Origin: Pseudobacteriovorax sp.
Lineage (GTDB): Bacteria > Bdellovibrionota_B > Oligoflexia > Oligoflexales > Oligoflexaceae
Length of the DNA stretch: 21,701 nt
Direction of reading: 5' to 3'
Assembly (NCBI GenBank): GCA_050293845.1
Contig: JBNKNM010000082.1
Span: 1-21,701 of the forward strand
Below the pieces are notes generated by a model. It searched no databases. It saw nothing but the letters and a program-made list of their open reading frames with translations, and was not told the DNA's origin. The first letter of the stretch is position 1; each line of letters opens with the position of its first letter. Position numbers and translations under genes: made by a program. Shown in pieces: positions 9,548 to 16,511 of the stretch.

Positions 9548-10202
9548 GCTTGTTAACAACAACCTTAATACTTGGCCAATATTGGCTCCAAAGGTTTACA
9601 TATTTCTTGGGTGAGTCTAGTGCCATAACACTATGGAGATATTTAGAAGGTTTAATTCTTATGGAAGCATAAATACCTTTGCCCTCATTGATTCCTAGTA
9701 CTGGGATAAACTTTGTTCCTAAGTCGGCAATCCATGATATAACAATTCTTAACGGCCATGTAAAGAATTGCTGCAATTTGCTTTTATTTCGAAATTCCCA
9801 TTTAAGGAAGTTACTCTTCACTGTGAGAGGGGGGAATTCATCGATATTGACGTTTTTATCTAACTCTTTGGGAAGATTGTAATACTTTCTGCCAAGAACT
9901 ACATGGAAATTACTGTCAAGATCAAGCTTTTCAGCAAATGCATATATTCGAAAACTTTTGCGTACTAAGGTGGAATATATGATCTCTTGATAGTTACCTT
10001 CTTCGGTTTGTTTTTCATCTTTATAATAATTAAAAATAGAGATACCCAGATAGTAACCAAATATTTTTATTGGCTTCAAACCTAGTGAGGTGAAATCGAT
10101 AGAGGATTCACGAAAATCTTTTAAAAACCAAGATATACTGCCGCTACCAAATATGGTGTAGGGAGGATTAAATTCAACTTTATCAGGATCTAATTCAATC
10201 AT
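9534..10202 (-). CDS. Acetoacetate-decarboxylase (ADC)-fold protein, NXD1-like
   Basis: GNYQEII, LDLDS...GRKYYNLPKE (family GRxxxGxPK with the conserved Lys); starts 2 nt after the upstream stop. Confidence 0.72.
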   Translation of the reverse strand: MIELDPDKVEFNPPYTIFGSGSISWFLKDFRESSIDFTSLGLKPIKIFGYYLGISIFNYYKDEKQTEEGNYQEIIYSTLVRKSFRIYAFAEKLDLDSNFHVVLGRKYYNLPKELDKNVNIDEFPPLTVKSNFLKWEFRNKSKLQQFFTWPLRIVISWIADLGTKFIPVLGINEGKGIYASIRIKPSKYLHSVMALDSPKKYVNLWSQYWPSIKVVVNKPNQL

Positions 10203-10204
10203 CT

Positions 10205-11143
10205 TTATGCTCTAAAGGGGTAAGAAATAAAATTTATAAAGGAAAACCATAAGTTGCCTATGTAGCCTAAGATTTTAGGAATGATAGAAAGTTCTGGTTT
10301 TGGAATAATAGAAATTGTCGGTAGCGATTCACGTGATAAAATCTTGTTACAAGCCTCTAAGGCAGTTATGGTAGCCCTTTCCATAAACCAAGATCTATAT
10401 TCAGAGGCAATCCAATCACCAGCAAAATACATCTTGTCACGGTCGTCGCTCTGAACTCTTGGGGTTTTGCGCAAATCTCCCGGAGCAAATAAAGAGAATA
10501 CATTCTGATGTCGTAATACTTTAGTTTGTTTTTTGTCGACACGTGAGATGTCAATATTTCGAAAATAATTTTTCAGGCAATTGATAGTCTTGTCAATAAT
10601 GTCTAAATCATCAAATCCTTCTATGAGTTCGCTATCTCCAATATGACATTCTAAGACATCAAATTTGCTAAGATTGGCAAATTCATCTTGAAATGAGTTT
10701 AGATAGAAAAAGTTATCAAGAAAGTCATCGCCATCAAAAACGCCACTATCAGGTCCATCCCAGTATTTATTATGGAGCCATAAACGAACAACCATAACCG
10801 ATGTTGTCCTTAACAGCTTAACTTTACTTATACTTGGTATTTGACTGAGTTGGTTATCAATAAGATTTTTTGTTGCTGTGATATCTAGAGCAAGAACCCC
10901 ATAATTTCCTAGTTGAAATGATTTTTGCTGGTTTTGCTCAGAAGATTTTCCTACTATCCAATATTTTTCTCCATTCTCCTCGAACAAGCGAACATCAATA
11001 TTCTTCAAGTCTGATTTTGGTGGTCCTCCTATTACCTTACCATTTTCATCAAATTTACCCTGATGACAAGGGCAGAGAAAGCCATCTTTAGTTCCCCGGA
11101 CCTGGCAATGTAAGTGAGGGCAGGTAGCGTCATAAGCTCTCAA
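10205..11143 (-). CDS. C-terminal part of a frameshifted CrtU/CruH-like FAD oxidoreductase: Rieske [2Fe-2S] insert + C-terminal FAD-domain half
   Basis: CPHLHC...CPCH (11122-11063), YFAGDW, FMERATITALEACNKIL. The frame is open upstream to 11380 (TGPNEAIFQPWIKYLKSRGVNIHFN), so TTG 11143 is probably not a true start. Confidence 0.82.
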   Translation of the reverse strand: MRAYDATCPHLHCQVRGTKDGFLCPCHQGKFDENGKVIGGPPKSDLKNIDVRLFEENGEKYWIVGKSSEQNQQKSFQLGNYGVLALDITATKNLIDNQLSQIPSISKVKLLRTTSVMVVRLWLHNKYWDGPDSGVFDGDDFLDNFFYLNSFQDEFANLSKFDVLECHIGDSELIEGFDDLDIIDKTINCLKNYFRNIDISRVDKKQTKVLRHQNVFSLFAPGDLRKTPRVQSDDRDKMYFAGDWIASEYRSWFMERATITALEACNKILSRESLPTISIIPKPELSIIPKILGYIGNLWFSFINFISYPFRA

Positions 11144-11363
11144 ACTTTCTTTTTTAGCATCCCAGTGCAGGGCGATGGTTTGATGACCTTCTGAAATCGT
11201 CCAGTATTTACTACGTGCCCCTAGTTCACTAAAGGGGATGGTTGTAGTGAAAACAAAGCCTTTAAATTGATGATTTTGTGTTATAACCTTATTAACAGCC
11301 TGATTGAAGTGAATATTTACTCCCCTTGATTTTAGATACTTAATCCATGGCTGAAAAATGGCC

Positions 11364-12554
11364 TCATTTGGCCCTGTTTTTTACCCAGTCTGCTTTAATA
11401 TCATTGGCATGCTCTAATAAGTAATAAGATAATGCCTTTGACGCAGTTAATCCAGATACTTCCTCCCCACGTGCGTAGGATAGATTGCGTATATAGGGTT
11501 GTAGAATACTGCGTCGGATCCTTTTGGGTGTCCAGGATTGATCTAGTAAGGAAGAAAATGTATCCATATCGATTTCAGGCTTTTCCCTTAATGTAAGGCT
11601 ATAGCATTTAATCATAAAGAAAATGGTAGAGAAAATTTCACGAAAAGAAAATATTCCCTTTGGGATCAAACGTAGGAGGAAAAAAGGAGCTATACCTTTT
11701 ACCCTTGCAAGAGTAAAAGATTGAACTTTACCATTTCCAACCATACCAGTTGTTTTTGTTTTAGTATAGGACGAGGATTCATATCCAAACTCCTTTATGA
11801 CCCGACGAAAATTTTTGTAAGCAGGAAATATTCCATGTATACCATGTTCTACGGTATATCCATTTGTGTCATCAATATAAGAACTCATTTTACCACCAGC
11901 ATAACTATTTTTTTCGTAGATACTCACCTTAAACCCGCGATTGCATAAGTAATGGGCCGTCACAAGGCCTGCAATTCCTGCTCCTGCTATGAGTACATGA
12001 GGTAAGGGTTTATTAGATTCTCTCTTGAGCAAATAGAAGCTTGGTACTATTTCTATTTTGTCTAAAACATTAGTTTTTCCGGTGTTGGTTATGAATGAAT
12101 TGTAGGGTAGGTTAAGTTCAGATATTGAAAAGGATAAAGGATTCTTTAAAAATGATAGGGAGATATGAGTTCCAAAGCTTGTTTTCCATTGTTCAATATT
12201 ACTATCAATATTTAATTCGAGATTAGTTTTTTCTGAGCTAATAGTTACCTTGATAGGAGCTTTTTTATTTGAAAAGTCATCGGATGAATATCTAAATTTT
12301 ACCACTATCTTTAGGAGACTGACAGATTGATCTGCTAGTTCAAATAAGTGTTTTTTGATGTTGCTATCGCGCAATGGGATACTTGTATCAATGGAAGCTA
12401 AATCTAGTATGATATTGATTTCATATTGATCGTTGTTCTTATGAATATCGCTTATATAACAAGTCTTAAAAGTTCCAGGAACTTTTAAGACTCTCTTATT
12501 TAGTAATTCTTTATATGCTTCAAAATCGACTGTAACTTTTGAATCACTAATCAT
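11364..12554 (-). CDS. N-terminal part of the same gene: YceI-like domain (~aa 1-175) + FAD-binding carotenoid-desaturase-type domain
   Basis: VDFEAYK..VPGTF..LDLASIDTSIPLRDSNIKKHLFE (YceI pattern); VLIAGAGIAG (GAGIAG at 11984-11967)..YEK..AGGK..EHGIHGIFPAYKN. Confidence 0.82.
   Translation of the reverse strand: MISDSKVTVDFEAYKELLNKRVLKVPGTFKTCYISDIHKNNDQYEINIILDLASIDTSIPLRDSNIKKHLFELADQSVSLLKIVVKFRYSSDDFSNKKAPIKVTISSEKTNLELNIDSNIEQWKTSFGTHISLSFLKNPLSFSISELNLPYNSFITNTGKTNVLDKIEIVPSFYLLKRESNKPLPHVLIAGAGIAGLVTAHYLCNRGFKVSIYEKNSYAGGKMSSYIDDTNGYTVEHGIHGIFPAYKNFRRVIKEFGYESSSYTKTKTTGMVGNGKVQSFTLARVKGIAPFFLLRLIPKGIFSFREIFSTIFFMIKCYSLTLREKPEIDMDTFSSLLDQSWTPKRIRRSILQPYIRNLSYARGEEVSGLTASKALSYYLLEHANDIKADWVKNRAK
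11377..11382 (-). other. Frameshift site (A6 run on the minus strand; deleting one base fuses the two ORFs into 782 aa)
   Basis: The upstream frame stops at 11366-11364 and the downstream frame is blocked by TAA at 11383-11381. The junction therefore lies within a 17-nt window that contains this run. Confidence 0.85.
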
Positions 12555-12573
12555 GGTGATGCCCTACTGTTGC

Positions 12574-12605
12574 GATAAATTAATTTATCATATCTTACAA
12601 TTATA
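12574..12605 (-). promoter_or_regulatory. Sigma70-type -10 (TATAAT, 12605-12600) followed by perfect 16-bp palindrome GATAAATTAATTTATC (12574-12589)
   Basis: Both elements read directly; the palindrome lies between the predicted start site and ATG 12554. No good -35. Confidence 0.55.
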
Positions 12606-12668
12606 GTTTATTTCCAGTACTTTGTTCGTATTTATGCGAGTTTTTATCAAAGTGTGGGTTTGTGCCTC

Positions 12669-13190
12669 TTAATAGCTAGTAATATAGAATTCTAGAAGAT
12701 ATCTTTTTACATAGGTGGAACTAGATTTTGAAGGAAATTTAATTTGAGCTATATTATGGAGGATGCAATGCTGAAATTTGTGATTACGTATATCGGAAAA
12801 ACTGATTCTTGAATTCTTAGTCTTGCCTTGGGGAGTCACGTGGAAGTTCAACCATACTTCCCCTTGCTCAACATCCTCAGGGCGACTGTCTAGATATGTT
12901 TGAAAGCAGTTTGATAGATATGGGGTGTGCCTTTTGAAAGAAAGGCTAATATCATTCGTTGATAGCAGTCCATCTACTTCGAGAAGATAAGATCTTTTTT
13001 TTGCCTTATTAATGTCTAAAGCAATATCGTTCTTATCTGGATCAGGTTTAGTATCAAATATGGGAACAGTTACATCTGTTATATTATTTTCTTTTTGGGT
13101 TACATTGCGAGCATTTGCATGAAAACTGGCCGTTTCACAGCTACATAGCATCCCTATGGCAAAGATAAGTGATAATAGGGAGATTATCAT
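12669..13190 (-). CDS. Lipoprotein with AgmX/PglI C-terminal (TonB_C-like) domain
   Basis: Lipobox-like GMLCSC; LSNCFQTYL..QGEVWLNFHVTPQGK..S.I....FQHCI..I..IKFP pattern with the two conserved Cys. Confidence 0.8.
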   Translation of the reverse strand: MIISLLSLIFAIGMLCSCETASFHANARNVTQKENNITDVTVPIFDTKPDPDKNDIALDINKAKKRSYLLEVDGLLSTNDISLSFKRHTPYLSNCFQTYLDSRPEDVEQGEVWLNFHVTPQGKTKNSRISFSDIRNHKFQHCILHNIAQIKFPSKSSSTYVKRYLLEFYITSY

Positions 13191-13293
13191 GGGGGCCTTC
13201 TATAAATTCGTTAAATATTTAAAGTGCGGGAACAGTTTGGATTATATAATAAAATGGAATTTTTAAATAACAATTTTTCTCTGAAAATAAATA

Positions 13294-13324
13294 TAAATAC
13301 CCACATAAATAATGTGGGTATTTA
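13294..13324 (-). terminator. Rho-independent terminator of the 13363..14001 gene
   Basis: Perfect 13-bp stem TAAATACCCACAT/ATGTGGGTATTTA with a 5-nt loop; U-rich tail on the minus strand; 39 nt past the stop. Confidence 0.8.
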
Positions 13325-13362
13325 AATGGTAGACTAGAAAGAAGTACTCCGTAGAAACTTTA

Positions 13363-14001
13363 TTAGCGATTTTTAATAGCAAATGCTTGCCCGTATATTC
13401 GTGGGTGGCTATTGTCATATTGCAATGTATAGTCAAACATAGCATTTAAAGTTTTTTCTGTTGTTATCATTGTTTGGTAAAGAGAGCTAAGATATTTATC
13501 AAGGTTCTCCAATACTTGCTTTTGCTCTTTAAGCTTATCTGTTAATGTTGGAGATGATGCATAACGAGGAAGAACCGTTCGAATACGATTAACGATTCTT
13601 ACTTTTTTCTTCTTACATTCTGTAATTCCATTATAAATACTATCCAAGACCTCAGAGGCCTTGTCTTGAATTAAAACACGTTGGTTAAGAGTTTGATTGA
13701 AATTGGTCAGAAGATTTTTTTGTAAGCGTGGATTTCTCGTAGCACGCAATTGCCTATCTATTTTTTCCAGCTTAATTTGCAGACTGCGAATAGCAGCTTG
13801 TCCTCGCTGTAAGCTTTTGAGATTTGAAACATAGTTTGGTAATGAGTTTTTGAGTTTTATTATAGTTATAGTGACGTCATCAGGATTAAATGGTCTTTCG
13901 ATTATCCCAATTTTTTCAAGAATTTGTTCCATTTTTGTGGTTTGACAACCTGAAACTAGCGATGCACTGGTGATTATTACCGATAATAGTAAGTTTCTCA
14001 T
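13363..14001 (-). CDS. Hypothetical helical/coiled-coil lipoprotein
   Basis: MRNLLLSVIITSASLVSGC lipobox; heptad-rich, basic body; G-rich RBS. Confidence 0.78.
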   Translation of the reverse strand: MRNLLLSVIITSASLVSGCQTTKMEQILEKIGIIERPFNPDDVTITIIKLKNSLPNYVSNLKSLQRGQAAIRSLQIKLEKIDRQLRATRNPRLQKNLLTNFNQTLNQRVLIQDKASEVLDSIYNGITECKKKKVRIVNRIRTVLPRYASSPTLTDKLKEQKQVLENLDKYLSSLYQTMITTEKTLNAMFDYTLQYDNSHPRIYGQAFAIKNR

Positions 14002-14030
14002 TTTTATCCCCCCCTAAAAAGCACGGTGTT

Positions 14031-14057
14031 TTATCGGTGGGGAAGCTATATTATTGA
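14031..14057 (-). promoter_or_regulatory. Putative sigma28 (FliA) promoter TCAA-N15-ACCGATAA
   Basis: Matches TAAA-N15-GCCGATAA with one mismatch per box and exact spacing; 30 nt upstream of ATG 14001. Confidence 0.65.
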
Positions 14058-14293
14058 AAATATAACAAGTAACCTTTTGTAATTAATCAAAATCTATGTA
14101 TTTTATTTTAAAAAATTATTCAAAAGGTAGGAACAACCTGACGAATTTCCCTGAATAAGTATAAATATATCAGTTTGCTATAACAAATACCCGCATACGA
14201 TAGGGAAAAACTTACACCATAGAAATAATTTGACATAGATTATCCACTAACTCTTAGAAATCAGAAGATTGGTAACCTTTTCTACCAGCATTC

Positions 14294-14902
14294 TTAAAGC
14301 AAATGGGATGTATCGCCCCAAGTCTTTATACGCCAATTCTGATCTCTTATACTGATTATATTAATGCTGGTATTATCGATAATGCACATGGGCCGCTGAC
14401 CATTAGGAATGTTAAGCAACGATACGAAGAGAGATGCTAACAGGCCCCCATGGGTGACGATGGCAATACTTTTTCCTGCATGGGCCGAAACTATTTCTTC
14501 TAAAGCTTCTTTGAATCGCAAAAGAGCCTCAGCACGACTTTCCCCCCCAGGCATTCGCGCGTCGTTATGATGATTTCTCCAAAGCTTGGATAATTGGGGG
14601 TGTTTGCGACTTATGAACTCCCATTCCAATCCTTCGAGTTCGCCAAAACCAATTTCAATGAGCCTTCGATCTTCCTGATAAGGAAGAGCTACTGCTTGTG
14701 AAATAATCTCGGCAGTATGCTTTGCTCGACCGAGACTGCTAGTATAGATTGCGGAGAGATTATATCTCCTTAATTTATTGGCTACTCTTTGGGATTGAAC
14801 CTTACCTTCTTGGCTTAGAGCGCTGTCGGATTGGCCCTGTATTTTTTTACTGCGATTGCTTTCAGTTTGCCCGTGTCTTATCAGTATCAACTGAGTTTCC
14901 AT
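14294..14902 (-). CDS. Histidine phosphatase family protein (phosphoglycerate mutase-like)
   Basis: LIRHGQT, SSLGRA, EIGFGELEG, GGES, VTHGG motifs; start moved to ATG 14902 (GGAG RBS). Confidence 0.93.
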   Translation of the reverse strand: METQLILIRHGQTESNRSKKIQGQSDSALSQEGKVQSQRVANKLRRYNLSAIYTSSLGRAKHTAEIISQAVALPYQEDRRLIEIGFGELEGLEWEFISRKHPQLSKLWRNHHNDARMPGGESRAEALLRFKEALEEIVSAHAGKSIAIVTHGGLLASLFVSLLNIPNGQRPMCIIDNTSINIISIRDQNWRIKTWGDTSHLL

Positions 14903-14988
14903 TAGTTCTCCATTCAAGGTTTAAGTATCCTGCAATCATAGCATTGAAGAATAGGGGTTATCTTTCGATCTTGATTAATTAATTTTAG

Positions 14989-15147
14989 CCGGAATCCGAA
15001 AAATTCTTTGTTTGCCGCGTTGTGCCAACCTTCCGACATCCTCACCTACCATGGTAGGCTGCGGTTTAAGGTCACCATGCCTTGCACCCGAAGCTTTCTT
15101 GAATTCCTTAGAATTATTAACTTATTTCTCAACTTTTCCGTTCCAGG
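14989..15147 (-). ncRNA. Candidate structured RNA / leader, family unknown
   Basis: Complementary ends (~15 bp), perfect palindrome CCTACCATGGTAGG at 15045-15058, extra short helices, GC-rich core in an AT-rich background. Confidence 0.3.
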
Positions 15148-15150
15148 ATA

Positions 15151-15795
15151 TTACAGTTTGTGTCCTACAATTTGCCAGCAAACCTGCCCACAAGACATGT
15201 ACTTTCTTTCGAAGTGACTGCGAGGTCTTTCCAGTAAATCCTGAGTAATGGCTTCAATACTGCTGATAGATAGATGCTGTGTTAGCACCTTGTGCGCCTC
15301 CTCTATATACCAAAGCTCATTGCTGGCTATGACTAAATCCCCACCCTTTTTAAGGCATTTAATGACATAGTTGATAAATGGCATGTTATGCCATCTTTTA
15401 TTTGCTGCGGCCTTCTTAGGATTGGGGTTGGGATAGAGAAAAATAAAACGATCGACTGATTCAGTATCAAAGTATTTACTTACAAAAGAGATGCCATTCG
15501 CATGAATGGGCCATAAATTTTGTAAATTATGGGAATCAGCCCTTCTTTTGAATTTTTCAAATTTTGCTTTAGTATGCTCAATCGCTATTAGCTGCCGATT
15601 TTGATGGGTCTGACAATAGATAATAGGATGAAGGCCCACACCACAGCCAATTTCGATATCCACAGGGTATTGTTTATCTAAAGAGGGTAGTGCCGGTAAG
15701 TTATCTGGAATAAATGGTTTAAACTCTCGCATAGGCAAAAACACCATAAATTTAGGAATATTTATATTAAAAGGATATTGTTGGCAAGCAAACAT
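15151..15795 (-). CDS. TrmB-like (tRNA m7G46-type) SAM-dependent methyltransferase with divergent motifs
   Basis: IEIGCGVG, IAIE, YPNPNPKK...KR, LKKGG, SHFERKY; true start may be ATG 15732 (MREFKP). Confidence 0.82.
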   Translation of the reverse strand: MFACQQYPFNINIPKFMVFLPMREFKPFIPDNLPALPSLDKQYPVDIEIGCGVGLHPIIYCQTHQNRQLIAIEHTKAKFEKFKRRADSHNLQNLWPIHANGISFVSKYFDTESVDRFIFLYPNPNPKKAAANKRWHNMPFINYVIKCLKKGGDLVIASNELWYIEEAHKVLTQHLSISSIEAITQDLLERPRSHFERKYMSCGQVCWQIVGHKL

Positions 15796-15821
15796 TCCTA
15801 GGGTGAAGTCCTATGGAATCG

Positions 15822-16511
15822 TTACAACAGGTCGCCCACTGTGATTTTACCGTTTTTATAAGCCATTTGCGCCAAAAACAATTCTGCGGTCGCTAGTGCA
15901 TCGGTTAGTGCATTATGCGCAGGGTAGGCTGGTAAGTTGTAGCGAGCACGGCAACTAGCGAGCCGCAATACTGAGGGGCGCATGGGTATATTGTTTTTGT
16001 TTAGAATGTTTTTTTCGTTCCTTAGTGTGTCAATGACAGGTAATACCAAAAGTAGGCCAAAGTATTTCCGGGATAAATGGTTCAAAAATTTCGTGTCTAG
16101 TGTAGCGTGATGAAACACAAGAATGCGCCCCTTAGCAACAGACAATAAATGATCCAAAACTAACTTTTCATCGAAACCTGATTGCAGGTCACAATCTCTT
16201 AGCGAATGTACAGTAGCACTGTTACCCACGGTTTTTTGAGGTCTTAGTAAGAAATATTCAGCTGTTGCAAGTATAGATTTTCCGTTTTTTATCAGTACCC
16301 AGCCAATACTGAGAATTTCACCTCGGCGAGGATCAAGAGCTGATGTTTCGATGTCAATCACTAAGTATTCTACCTCCTTCCAATGCAGGCAGGAACTGAG
16401 TTTTTCACTGTTCCAGCATTGCAATATCGGTGTTGCGGCATCTCTTCTTTTCTTGTTAAAAATAAAGTATATACGATATAGAAAACGTATTAATTTGACC
16501 GCCAACATCAT
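15822..16511 (-). CDS. DEDDh 3'-5' exonuclease (DNA pol III epsilon-like; DUF294-associated type)
   Basis: ExoI DIETS, ExoII HHATLD, ExoIII HNALTDA; TAATG coupling to the upstream gene. Confidence 0.92.
   Translation of the reverse strand: MMLAVKLIRFLYRIYFIFNKKRRDAATPILQCWNSEKLSSCLHWKEVEYLVIDIETSALDPRRGEILSIGWVLIKNGKSILATAEYFLLRPQKTVGNSATVHSLRDCDLQSGFDEKLVLDHLLSVAKGRILVFHHATLDTKFLNHLSRKYFGLLLVLPVIDTLRNEKNILNKNNIPMRPSVLRLASCRARYNLPAYPAHNALTDALATAELFLAQMAYKNGKITVGDLL

Noticed and set aside
11376..11383. A_AAA_AAC heptamer as a programmed -1 frameshift
   Set aside because: The -1 frame hits TAA within about 15 codons; the fusion needs a +1 shift.
4235..14135. Shared 12-mer AAGGTAGGAACA at 4235-4246 and 14124-14135
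   Set aside because: A 12-mer match is expected by chance at this window size; the second copy lacks the -10 element and a downstream + gene.
14240..14248. DnaA-box-like TTATCCACT
   Set aside because: Single copy with one mismatch and no origin context.
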